A DNA stretch of 64,000 nt from contig NC_043018.1 of the NCBI RefSeq assembly GCF_006345805.1, positions 21,452,001-21,516,000 of the forward strand. The letters run 5' to 3'. How positions within the stretch are numbered: the stretch's first letter is position 1; each line of letters starts with the position of its first letter. A program made the position numbers and the translations under genes. The notes under the pieces were generated by a model. The model ran no database searches. It saw only the letters and a list, made by a program, of their open reading frames with translations, and was not told where the DNA came from. Shown one piece after another: positions 11,400 to 23,097 of this stretch. Origin of the DNA: Octopus sinensis (Eukaryota).

Positions 11400-11491
11400 G
11401 CGGCTGAAGAGAGCTTTAAACCATCTGTTATGTCGATTATACATTGATGTAAGAATAAGTTGTTTTATAAAGCTTGAAACATGTGTACCGC
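11400..11491 (+). ncRNA. Type-I hammerhead ribozyme fold, canonical C3:G8 core
   Basis: GCGG-CUGAAGA-GAGCUUUA/49nt/UAAAGCUU-GAAA-CAUGUG-UA-CCGC. Confidence 0.62.
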
Positions 11492-11536
11492 GACATCCTT
11501 TGTGATCTGTTTTCTATTTCATTTGATACATATTAC

Positions 11537-13552
11537 AGGGGGTAGAAGGCAACTGGACGTTTCTAAGGAACAACCTGCTGAGAGCCACTAACCAGATCTG
11601 TGGCTGGTGCAAAGTCCCCTCAAGACCCAAAATAACGTGGTGGTGGAACAATGTTGTAGACAGGGCTATTAGAGAAAAGAGACAGGCTTGGAAGGACTGG
11701 AAGAATCTTGTTAGCAGGGAATTGTATCAGACTGCCAAAAGAGAAGCTAGGAGACAGGTTTATTTAGCCAGAGGGGAAGCAGATAAGAAAAAATTTGCCA
11801 ATGATCTGCGCCATGAGGACCAAAGACTTGAGGTATTTCGTGTTGCAAGACAGTGTGTGAGAGAGAATCGTGATGTGGTAGGAGAGAAATGTGTTTGCAT
11901 GGATGATGGTTCACTTGCGCTAAATGAGGATGCAAAGAGAGAGGTGTGGAGATGCCACTATGAAAGGTTGCTGAATGAAGAAAATGGGATAAAGAGAGTC
12001 TGCCAAATGTCAACCCAACAGAGGGACCAGCTATCCGAGTTGACAGTTCCTTGGTAATTAAGGCAATTAGAAGCATGAAGACAGGGAAAGCCCCAGGCCC
12101 ATCAGGAATTACTGCAGAGATGCTTAAAGTGTCTGGTAGTGTCGGCTATAGCCTAGTCACCCGTATAGTTAACCAGGTAATACACGGAGTCATACCCAAT
12201 GACTGGTGTAGCAGCATAATAGTCAACTTCTACAAAGGTAAAGGTGATGCCTTAGATACAAATAATTACAGAGGTATCAAGCTGTTGGATCAGGTAATGA
12301 AGGTTACGGAGAGGGTCATAGCCCAACTAATTAGAGAGAGTTAGTTTGGATTCGTGCCAGGGAAAAGCACCACTGATGTCATATTCCTGGTAAGACAGCT
12401 GCAGGAGAAATATCTAGCCAAAGATAAGCCCCTGTACCTGGCTTTCGTCGACATGGAGAAAGCCTTCGACAGAGTCCTCCGATCCCTTATCTGGTGGTCA
12501 ATGAGGAAACTAGGGATAGATGAATGGTTAGTGAGAGCTGTGCAAGCCATGTACAGGGACGCTGCTAGTAAGGTGAGGGTTGGCTACGAGTACAGTAAAG
12601 AATTCCGGGTAGAGGTAGGGGTCCACCAAGGTTCAGCCCTCAGCCCCCTCCTATTTATCGTAGTCCTCCAGGCAATAACGGAGGAATTCAAGACAGGATG
12701 CCCCTGGGAGCTCCTCTATGACTGCTGAGGATATGCGTAAGCTCGCAAGAAATGAAGCCAGTATGCTCCGATGGATGTGTAATGTCAGTGTTCATACTCG
12801 ACAGAGTGTAAGTACCTTGAGAGAGAAGTTGGACCTAAGAAGCATCAGTTGCGGTGTGCAAGAGACGTTTGCGCTGGTATGACCATGTGGCGAGAATGGA
12901 TGAAGATAGTTGTGTGAAAAAGTGCCACACCCTAGCTGTTGAGGGAACCTGTGGAAGAGGCAGACCCAGGAAAACCTGGGATGAGGTGGTGAAGCACGAC
13001 CTTCGAACTTTAGGTCTCACCGAGGAAATGACTAGAGACCGAGACCTTTGGAAGTATGCTGTGCTTGAGAAGACCCAGCAGGACAAGTGAGACCATCACC
13101 CATGGCCTCAGTCCACTTATGCATACCTTTCCTTCTTGGGACACAAAATCCAACTTGTGAAGACCTGTTGAGGCAAGTGAAAATCAATCAAATCAAAATC
13201 GATCAACATGAATGGAAATTGCAGCTGTGATACCAGTGCTGGTGGCACATAAGAGAACCATCCGAACGTGGACGTTGCCAGTGCCGCCCTGACTGGTTTC
13301 CGTGCCGGTGGCACATAAAAAGCACCATCCGACCGTGGCCGTTTGCCAGCCTCGTCTGGCACCTCTGCCGGTGGCACATAAAAAGCACCCACTACACTCA
13401 TGGAGTGGTTAGCATTGGGAAGGGCATCCAGCCATAGAAACATTGCCAGATCAGACTGGGCCTGGTGCAACCTTCTGGCTTCCCAGACCCCAGTTGCACC
13501 GTCCAACCCATGCCAGCATGGAAAGCGGACGCTAAACGATGATGATGATGAT
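11537..13552 (+). mobile_element. 5'-truncated, degenerate RTE-clade LINE (ORF2, 3'UTR, (GAT)n tail)
   Basis: TWWWN tether; RT motifs KAPGPSGIT, NYRGIKLL, FVDMEKAFDRV, GVHQGSALSPLLF; C-terminal GRGRPRKTW...DRDLW; frameshifts and a deletion at YADD (about 12722). Confidence 0.93.
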
Positions 13553-13815
13553 CTTGTAGCTTTCAGATTTTGAAGAAGTAACTGTTTATTTTTAGAATGA
13601 TATTGTAGGACAGGTATGAGAAGCCGGATTGGACTTGTGTGAAGATAAAAAGGTAAAGCAGGTAGAATATTTTGACCAGATATGGCTGGTTTAAATACTA
13701 AAGGATTAAGGGCCCCAGAAAAATGTTTATTTTAGATTTATATATTGCAAGAAACAGCTGGGTTCCTTTCTCCAATATTTGAATATTTTACATAGTTCAA
13801 CCTATAGAAATTGAT

Positions 13816-14686
13816 ATCATCATCATCATTTAGCGTCTGCTCTCCATGCTAGCATGGGTTGGACGGTTCAACTGGGGGTCTGTGAAGCTGGAAGGCTTCG
13901 TCAGGCCCAGTCAGATCTGGCAGTGTTTCTACGGCTAGATGCCCTTCCTAACGCCAACCACTCCATGAGTGTAGTGGGTGCTTTTACGTGCCACCGACAC
14001 GGGGGCCAGACAGAGCTGGCAACGGACACGAACGGATGGTGCTTTTACGTGCCACCGACACGGGGGCCAGACAGAGCTGGCAACGGACACGAACGGATGG
14101 TGCTTTTACGCATCACCAACACGGGGGCCAGACAGAGCTGGCAAACGGCTACGAAATGGATGGTGCTTTTTACGTGTCACCGGCACGGGGACAGGCGAGG
14201 CTGGCAACGGACACGAACAGATGGTGCTTTTACGTGCCACTGACACGGGGGCCAGACAAAGCTGGCAAACGGGCACGAACGGATGGTGCTTTTACGTGTC
14301 ACCGGAATGGGGCCAGGCGAAGCTGGCAACGGAGGCGAACGGATGGTGCTTTTACGTGCCACCGACACGGGGGCCAGACAGAGCTGGCAAACGGCCATGA
14401 ACGGATGGTGCTTTTTACGTGTCACCGGCACGGGGCCAGGCGAGGCTGGCAACGGACACGAATGGATGGTGCTTTTACGTGCCACCGACACGGGGGCCAG
14501 ACAGAGCTGGCAAACGGCCACAAACAGATGGTGCTTTTACGTGTCACCGGCACGGGGCCAGGCAGAGCTGGCAACGGACACGAACGGATGGTGCTTTTAC
14601 GTGCCACCGACACGGGGGCCAGACAGAGCTGGCAAACGGTCAGGAACGGATGGTGCTTTTACATGTCACCGGCAGGGGGGCCAGTA
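13816..14686 (-). repeat. RTE 3' end with its approximately 61-bp UTR repeat amplified into a minisatellite (about 12 units)
   Basis: (ATC)n tail complement, then units ttttacgtgccaccg...cggatggtg from 13981 to 14680 in two alternating variants. Confidence 0.88.
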
Positions 14687-14900
14687 AAACAAAATAGGAA
14701 TTTTGAAAGAAGGTTCAATAAAACTAGTTTTTAAATGTCAAATAGCTACGGGGATCCACCAGAATAAAATAGTAATCAAAGGGGGTCCATGGATAAAGAA
14801 TGGTTAAGAAACCCTGACCTAAACCAATGGTTCTCAAGTGAGTCCTTAAAATATTTTGTTGTTAAAATTTATCTACAATAAATAGCTTATACTTCTATAG

Positions 14901-15382
14901 GCGCAGGAGTGGCTGTGTGGTAAGTAGCTTGTCTACCAACCACATGGCTCCGGGTTCAGTCCCACTGCGTAGCACCTTGGGCAAGTAGCCTTTCTACAAA
15001 GAAAGGCTGAGGACGCTCGACCTTTGTTCTCTTGAAAAACGCCGCCGCCATGGTGATCTCATTCTCGCCCACAACATCATAAGCGGGAAGTGTAACCTCT
15101 CGAAAGAGCTGTTCTTCACTCCTGCTCCGGAGCGTCGGCTGTGGGGTCATTCCGAAAAGCTCTACCTGCGACGATTTCATCTCAATCGAAGAAGAGGAGC
15201 TTTCTCCGTCCGGGTTGCGGATCCGTGGAACAAGCTGCCAGACGAGATGGTGAAGATGCCGACGACCGCTTTGTTCAAAGCCTCCCTGGACCTCAAGTGG
15301 CCTGAACTCTTTACATGAACACCACCCTGTACTTAACTCCATGTCCCCCTACATGGCCTTGCTATTTGCTTTTGAGCCAAAT

Positions 15383-15426
<44 letters not shown>

Positions 15427-15499
15427 ACCTCGGGCCGACCAAAGCCTTGTGAGTGGATTTGGTAGACGGAAACTGAAAGAAGCCCGTCGTATATATGTA

Positions 15500-15553
<54 letters not shown>

Positions 15554-15750
15554 TGTGTGTGTTTGTGTGTCTGCATTTGTCCCCTAGCATAGCTTGACAA
15601 CCGATGCTGGTGTGTTTATGTCCCCGTTACTTAGCGGTTTGGTAAAAGATACCGATAGAATAAGTACTGGGCTTACAAAAGAATAAGTCCCGATTAAAGG
15701 CGGTGCTCCAGCATGGCCGCAGTCAAATGACTGAAACGAGTAAAAGAGTA
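14901..15750 (+). mobile_element. SINE family C interrupted by a CR1 insertion
   Basis: Head at 14901-14997; continues after the CR1 at about 15425 (taacctcgggccgacc). Confidence 0.85.
14999..15424 (+). mobile_element. CR1-clade LINE 3' fragment, family a, (TAAC)n tail
   Basis: ERLRTLDL..LEKRR..GDLI...RVADPWNKLP; near-identical to 28601-29045 and 38930-39484. Confidence 0.88.
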
Positions 15751-15920
15751 TAGTACACTAAATATTAAGAAAGAAAAAAATTATACAATTCCTAATAATA
15801 TTTAATTATAAAAATACAATAGGAGGTCCAGCAGAGTAACCAAAAGGGTCCATAGATAAAAAAAGAGAGAGAAAGAGGGGACAATACGAGGACAGACAAA
15901 ACAAACATTGGGGTCAGGGT

Positions 15921-16403
15921 GGATGGAAGCACTCCGTCAGTTACGACGACGAGGGTTCCGGTTGATCCGAATCAACGGAACAGCCTGCTCGTGAAATTAA
16001 CGTGTAAGTGGCTGAGCACTCCACAGACACATGGCGTTAGGAAGGGCATCCTGCCAGATCAGACTGGAGCCTGGAGCAGCCCCTGGCTTCCCAGACCCCG
16101 GTCAAACCGTCCAACCCGTGCTAGCGCGGAAAACGGACGTTAAACGATGATGATGATGATGATGACGACAGAGAGTGACAAGGCCGGCCCTTTGAAGTAC
16201 AGGTACAACAGAAACAGGAAGTAAGAGTGAGAGAAAGTTGTGGTGAAAGAGTACAGCAGGGATCACCACCATCCCCTGCCGGAACCTCGTGGAGCTTTTA
16301 GGTGTTTTCGCTCAATAAACACTCACAACGCCCGGTCTGGGAATCGAAACCGTGATCCTATGACCGCGAGTCCACTGCCCTAACCACTGGGCCATTGCGC
16401 CTC
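15921..16403 (-). mobile_element. SINE family A interrupted by an RTE 3' end (about 16032-16165)
   Basis: Matches 2224-2609 on both sides of the (GAT)n-tailed insert. Confidence 0.8.
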
Positions 16404-16846
16404 GGGGGGGGGGGGGGGGGGTCAGGGTATCGAGTGAGACGAAACGTATGAATAAACAAACAAACAATTAAAATATATACAATTAAATGAGAATGAGTGA
16501 TTTAGAAAAAATGAAGCGGAGGACGCGGTCGACCTCAAAAACCACATACTCACCATATTTCACGAAACACACTTTGCGACAGGCATTTCTTCTCCAGCCT
16601 TATTTTCTGTTTCATGTGGAAAATGAAAAAGTCAAAGGCAAACTGCACCCTCTGCAGGGCACATATAACAAGAAAATACTTGAATATTTTTAATAGTGCG
16701 ACCCACCTGCCTGATGAAGAACCATGGCTAGTGTGGATCACTTCTGAAAAAAAGGTTACCCATGCCCAGTTTAAAATAACACACAACCGTTTCTAAATAC
16801 ACTGTCTTCAAAATACAGGATATGGTCATAACTGGAACGTCTTTAA

Positions 16847-17502
16847 CCCTTTAGTGTTTAAACCGGCTGTATCTGGCCCAAATATTCTACACATTTTATG
16901 CTCAAACTGGCCAGAACCAGCATCTCACACCTACCCTGCAATGTCATTCTAAAAATAAGCAATTATATCTTTCCCATCTTGAAGCTACAAAATAATATCA
17001 GAAACTTTGTTTAATCCTCTCATGACTGTATTTATTTTGAGATGATCTGTGTTTCTTTCAATTACGTTAAATATAACAAAGACTTTAGTAAAATAACTTA
17101 GTCATCATTCAGCTAGTGTTAGGAACATAAATTGTGACTAAGGCTTGATGGGAGATTTTAATTCAAAACTTATGAAAACAAGACATTAGTACTACAGAAA
17201 AAATTGGTGGGCGTGCACACATACATACTAACACACATCACATCATTTTTATAAAATTCAAAGTTTCATTTTCTAAATACATTTGTAATAAGTGTCCTCT
17301 CTCCTCACCCACGGAAATACCGTGTCGACAGCAAATTTCGATATAATCAGAATCTACATTACCTGTTAAGTATTTGAAGAAAATTTCATTAAAAAAAAAT
17401 TCAATTTTTCTGGAAGTCGGTGGGGCATTTTTGTGTAGATATGCCCAATATATATATATATATATATATTACTTTTGACAAATTAATCTGAACACCAAAG
17501 GG
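16847..17502. mobile_element. piggyBac-like MITE, composite
   Basis: TTAA|CCCTTT...AAAGGG|TTAA (TTAA at 16843 and 17503); contains a segment duplicated at about 18500-18705. Confidence 0.7.
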
Positions 17503-17890
17503 TTAATCATGGGTCTGCTCAGTAGGATCTGATCTGGATGACACTTAAAGTGGCGAAATTAGGGCATTTTTTATGAATAAAATCATACAGTGAAAGGGAA
17601 AGATACCGAACAATGCCGTTATGGATATTCAAGACGAGATGGTCATTACCGGAACGCATTTGATAAATAGGTTCTGTTCAATCAGGCAGTCCCGTGTCTA
17701 AGCAACGATAATCTAATATAACAAAGTGCTGGGCGGTTGCTTTGAACAGCCATTTGTAATCATATGAAATAATAAAATATTTAACTTGTCAATCACATCA
17801 CAAGTTAGTTTATAAACTGATACATTGTTAATTAATTAGCAACGGACACTTATTAAATCAAAACAACAACCAATAAAAAAAAAACAATTT

Positions 17891-18301
17891 GGATCTTTTC
17901 GGTTTGAACGGCAGTTTTTTCTAGCGGTGTCATATGAAATTGTCACCCATAATTATGACCCTAGTATCGATCTATTGCATTTCAATCTGTTTTAGGGTTA
18001 GGGGTGGGGGGAAGGGTATCTCTTTTTCTTCACAAATGTAAATAAACCCAATCTGTTTCTTAAACGAGGGACATATTCATACGGCACAGAATGTTTTTTT
18101 TACCTCAATGGACGTCATTGATTGGTTGAAATTGCAGATATTGAAGAAAAAACAACAAATATCTTACAAACCATGGAATTTTCTCAATAAAGCCAAGAGA
18201 AAAAGATGTTTTATAAACACATTCTACCAGTATACGAAGTTTAAAATCTTTTAGTTACCTAGAAATTATGTTAAAAATTGCCGTTCAAACTGAAAAGATC
18301 C
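17891..18301. mobile_element. MITE with GGATC termini (hAT/MULE-like)
   Basis: TIRs ggatcttttcggtttgaacggca / tgccgttcaaactgaaaagatcc; 8-bp TSD aacaattt; relatives at about 27355-27560 and 51343-51976. Confidence 0.75.
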
Positions 18302-19385
18302 AACAATTTGATTCATTAAATAAAAAAAAACATACGAAGATAATGAACAATACAGGGCATACCTACATAAATGTACCCCACTTATTTTGTTCCCTCATAA
18401 TTTTCAGTAAAAAAGATATTTTGAAATGAAATTTTCTATAATGACCTGCCAATTGGTGTAGATTATGATTATATAGGAATTTAATGTGTAAAAAAAAAAA
18501 ATTGGTGGGCGTGCACACATACATACTAACACACATCACATCATTTTTTATAAATTTCCAAGTTTCATTTTCTAAATACATTTATGTAATAAGTGTCGAC
18601 AGCAAATTTCGATATAATCAGAATCTACATTACCTGTTAAGTATTTGAAGAAAATTTCAATTTTTCTGGAAGTCGGTGGGGCATGTTTGTGTAGGTATGC
18701 CCAATATATATATATAATATATATATATATATTATATATATATATATAAATATATAAAACTCTAAGTTGAACTCGTTTTCCTTTTGGCAATTATTTTAAT
18801 ATAATTATTTCAGAAACATAATTTATTTCTTATATTGAATTATACACAAAAAATCCACCTTTCCGAAGTTGAACTTTTTCAGAAACGGAGGGAAATTCAA
18901 ACGTCCATATTTGGAAGAATAAGTATAATAATAGGCACAATGGCATTTTAACTGTGGAAATTAAGATAACAATATTAACAAAACTAAAACAACAGAATTA
19001 ATTGTTAATTTAGACAACGAATCAGGCACAATAATGATACAATTAGAAAGAAAATTGTCGAAAAGAAAAGCGGATGAATGAAATTAAATGAGTGGGCTGG
19101 ATGGATGGATTTGGGGTTAGTTAGTCAAGAGAATAACCCTGGTATGTGTAATTTACAAACACTCATATCTCTTGATGTTCTGAGTTCAAATCCGGCTTGA
19201 GTTGAGGCCGTTGCGTGTAAATTGCTTCAGAGAGGGGCTGGACTGTTTTGTATTATATGTTTATGTGTGTCGGTTTCATATGTTCCCTTGTGGTTGTTTG
19301 GAACCTCTGCATTGGATCTCCCAAGTGCAATTAGATATGCAGCAACACTTTATTGCATTACGTATGTGTGTGATTGTGTTCCTAG

Positions 19386-19773
19386 TGGAGGCGCAATGGC
19401 CCAGTGGTTAGGGCAGCGGACTCACGGTCATAGGATCGTGGTTTCGATTCCCAGACCGGGCGTTGTGAGTGTTTATTGAGCGAAAACACCTAAAAAAGCT
19501 CCACGAGGCACCGGCAGGGGATGGTGGTGATCCCTGCTGTACTCTTTCACCACAACTTTCTCTCACTCTTACTTCCAGCTTCTGTTGTACCTGTATTTCA
19601 AAGGGCCGGCCTTGTCACTCTCTGTGTCACGCTGAATATCCCCGAGAACTATGTTAAGGGTACACGTGTCTGTGGAGTGCTCAGCCACTTACACGTTAAT
19701 TTCACGAGCAGGCTGTTCCGTTGATTCGGATCAACCGGAACCTTCGTCGTCGGAACCGACGGAGTGCTTCCAC
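19386..19773 (+). mobile_element. SINE family A, full length
   Basis: Reverse-complement match to 2224-2609. Confidence 0.9.
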
Positions 19774-20434
19774 CATGGCTAGACACCTATACTCGCGAAA
19801 TATCTTGGTCAGCCCGAGGCGGACCAAATATTATGATTGGAATTTATTCTTAAGAATATCGATCTGATATACTGACGAAACAAACTTTACATGTAGCGCT
19901 CAAAAACATTCTGGTTACTCAACTTTATTGGATCAAACGACAGTTTTTGTCATATATTTTATACTTTTTATACTTAAAAAAAAAACCCCATCAGTGAATA
20001 TTAATGTCTTTATTATCTCATCAATTTTCTTTATCAGATTATCTTCTTAAAAAAATATAATCATGTTCATGTTTGTAATTAGGTTTTTTTAGTTATAAAC
20101 CTACAGGTGGACATTAAAATAAGTATTTGTAGTCGATATGATCAATTTCGAATCAATAGCTGACACCTATATAAATAAAAAGAATGTGTGTGTGTGTGTG
20201 GTTGGGTTACTGTAACAGTAATATGTGATAGCCAAAATGAAAAAAACAAAAAAGATCAGGGTTAAATGTCAGTTTGAATGTGCAGAGTGTGGCGACACAA
20301 TTTAGAAGAAAATTACTTTTGTGAGGCACTGAAGTGCAGTTCGTCCACGTTTTACCCGTCTATTTATATTTCTTCACTTATGTGGTCGCTGAAGTACAAT
20401 AAAAAGATTAATAACCACAGACTTAATAATCATA

Positions 20435-20500
<66 letters not shown>

Positions 20501-20515
20501 CATATATAAAGAGAC

Positions 20516-20735
20516 CGATAGAATAAGTACTCGCCTTTAGTCGAGCATATCGACCCGGGGACTTATTCTTTGTAAGCCCAGTACTTATTCTATCGGTCTC
20601 TTTTGCCAAACTGCTAAGTGACGGGGACGTAAACACACCAGCATCGGTTGTCAAGCAATGCTAGGGGGACAAACACAGACACACAAACATACATATATAC
20701 GACAGGCTACTTTCAGTTTCCGTCTACCAAATCCA

Positions 20736-20740
<5 letters not shown>
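20516..20740 (-). mobile_element. SINE family C, partial
   Basis: 3' half of family C with microsatellite. Confidence 0.75.
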
Positions 20741-20786
<46 letters not shown>

Positions 20787-20897
20787 CATGTATGTATGTG
20801 AGGGACAGACTGTGTTTTATCTGTTCGTGTGTATAATGTATGTATGTATATAATGTGTGTGTATCAAGAGGGAATGTCAATATAGTCCGATGGTCAT

Positions 20898-21647
20898 TTA
20901 GACTCGTAGGTGATATCTGGGCCGACGTCGTTTCGTGGTGCAGGTGGTATTTTTCAGCCAGACTTCAGCATTTTCTCTCTCTGATTTCACAACTGAACTG
21001 AAATCGAATTCGATTAGAGTCGGTACAGTGGTCAGAACTGTAACTCTATAATGTTTAACTTTCTCGATGGGATTGCCGTGAAGGGTGAGCTTCTTGAGGT
21101 TTGTCATCGGCCGAAACTTTTCCACTTCACTCAAATTCTCTAAACAGTTGCCATGCAAGTAAAGTATTTGCAAACAGTGAAATTCGTTTAGTTCTTCTGG
21201 TACATTAGTCAATAGGTTAAACGATAAATCCAACCAAGACAGTTGTAACGGTCGGAGGAAGAGAGAAAACACGATCTGTTTAAGTCCGACAATCGTTTCC
21301 AAAGAATTATTATTCAAACGGAGACACTTACTGCGAGATTTCCGATGTCTTTTCCCAGAAGAGTCCGCAAAACAATTAATAGGTTTCGCCGTGTTCGGAA
21401 AATCTTCCTCGTCTTCCTCGTGGTCAATGTCGCCTATAGTAGTTGCTTTTGCTTGCTTTATTTCATCGATCAACTCTTCGATATCATGTGGGCTTCGACA
21501 AGACTCTTCGCGTTTATCATCGCCGATGATATCCGAGACATACTTCAAACTTCGAAAGGAGAAATCAAGCGGCTTCAAGTCATTACCATAGGATTTGTTT
21601 ATCGTCTTAAGTGGTTGTTTTCTGTTTGGTATAGATTTTAAAGCCAT
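20898..21647 (-). CDS. LRRC51: Leucine-rich repeat-containing protein 51, single coding exon, 249 aa
   Basis: PLDFSFRSL, CLRLNNN, SWLDLSFNLL, ILYLHGN, KLTLHGNPIE..KHYR..VL, FDFS.V.K.ER..AEVW match the family; splice acceptor ttctttcag ends at 21650, 2 nt before the ATG. Confidence 0.88.
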   Translation of the reverse strand: MALKSIPNRKQPLKTINKSYGNDLKPLDFSFRSLKYVSDIIGDDKREESCRSPHDIEELIDEIKQAKATTIGDIDHEEDEEDFPNTAKPINCFADSSGKRHRKSRSKCLRLNNNSLETIVGLKQIVFSLFLRPLQLSWLDLSFNLLTNVPEELNEFHCLQILYLHGNCLENLSEVEKFRPMTNLKKLTLHGNPIEKVKHYRVTVLTTVPTLIEFDFSSVVKSERENAEVWLKNTTCTTKRRRPRYHLRV

Positions 21648-22439
21648 CACTGAAAGAACGAAAGAACTGCATGTAAGTTATACGCACCTATGTAAAACTT
21701 ATATTTACACCTGTGTGTATACGTACGTATACACATGTGTGTATACGTATGTATAAAATATTTGAAATATTCACAGTTCACTCATGGTCCAGCTTGAGTG
21801 AGTATTTTTTTTGTGTTGTGAAGGGAGTTATTTTTCGTCCCTCCACATATAATTCTAAATTCTGGTTTCCTTGTGCTACTTGATGCCAAAAATACCTTAC
21901 TCCATGCACACCTGAGGGCGTGACGTAGTGGAAGAAGTATTGGTTATGGTGTACAGCTTCCCAAATATTTGAATCTCAAACAACCACAGAAACAACAAAG
22001 TGAACTTTCAAATACCAGACTTACTTGAGAGAAAAGTTTATCGTTTAAACAAAACGAAAAGGTAAAAATAATCGTTTAAAAGTTAATAAAGAAAACTAAG
22101 TTGTGCTTACTGGAATGTATGTGTGATTTAAATCCTTTTTTTGGTGTTTGGCAAAAAGTAATGGAAACGTTGATATACTCTGGACTGGCACGCAGGATTG
22201 TTTTGAAGTTTAAAAAGTTTTTGTCTTATTCATCCAAATTTGAAAAAGAGCTGAAGATAAAGGCTTATATATTCCCATGTGTGGACACAAATGGTTTAAA
22301 GTCGTTAATCCAAAGTAATTAGACAGAGACAAATAGTATTATTTTAAAGGGAGCAAAGGAGAATGAATTAAACTCATAAACAGCAATGTTGTGAATGACA
22401 ACGGTCGTGATATGTTAATTAGAAAAATTAAGACGAGGA

Positions 22440-22527
22440 GACGATCTGATTGGTTGATTTTCGTAACGTCACACGGGCCAAGCCGGACTCGCAGCACAGT
22501 CGCGCTTCTCGCTGTTCCCCGGGTAAC
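22440..22527 (-). promoter_or_regulatory. CpG-rich candidate LRRC51 promoter with RFX X-box-like site
   Basis: GTTCCCCGGGTAAC at 22514-22527, CCAAT (attgg) near 22449 and TAACGTCA near 22464 in a local CpG cluster. Confidence 0.4.
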
Positions 22528-22538
22528 TACGGAAGGTC

Positions 22539-23097
22539 GAGCTGGCAGAAACATTTAGCACGCCGGGGCGAAATGCTTTGCGGTATTTCGGCTGCCGTTA
22601 CGTTGTGAGTTCAAATTCCGCCGAGGTCGACTTTGCCTCTTTCATCCTTTCGGGGTCGATAAAACTAAGTACCAGTTACGCACTGAGGTCGATGTAATCG
22701 ACTTAATACCTATGTCTGTCCTTGTTTGTCCCCTCTGTGTTTAGCCCCTTGTGGGTAATAAAGAAATAGGTATTTCGTCTGCCGCTTTCATCCTTTCGGG
22801 GTCGATTAAATAAGTACCAGTTACGCACTGGAGTCGATATAATCGACTTAATCGGTGTGTCTGTCCTTGTTTGTCCTCTCTGTGTTTAGCCCCTTGTGGG
22901 TAATAAAGAAATAGGTATTTCGTCTGCCGTTACGTTCTGAGTTCAAATTCCGCCGAGGTCGACTTTGCCTTTCATCCTTTCGGGGTCGATAAATTAAGTA
23001 CCAGTTACGCACTGGGGTCGATGTAATCGACTTAATACCTATGTCTGTCCTTGTTTGTCCCCTCTGTGTTTAGCCCCTTGTGGGCAATAAAGAATTA
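22539..23097 (+). mobile_element. SINE family B trimer inside a single 17-bp TSD
   Basis: ggtaactacggaaggtc at 22522-22538 and 23098-23114. Confidence 0.9.

Noticed and set aside
13854-14734. Repetitive ORFs and CRISPR-like periodicity (also 57117-57888 and 34342-35133)
   Set aside because: Contiguous tandem units with no unique spacers and no cas genes; RTE-UTR-derived or simple minisatellites
16560-16790. BED-finger-like fragment (KANCTLCRAHITRK...MKNHG) and a CUGAUGA...GAAA match at 16711
   Set aside because: Needs several frameshifts and has no transposase or TIRs; the hammerhead match lacks stems I and III
19386-19460. tRNA-like heads of SINE families A, B and C
   Set aside because: They continue into SINE bodies with TSDs; not standalone tRNA genes
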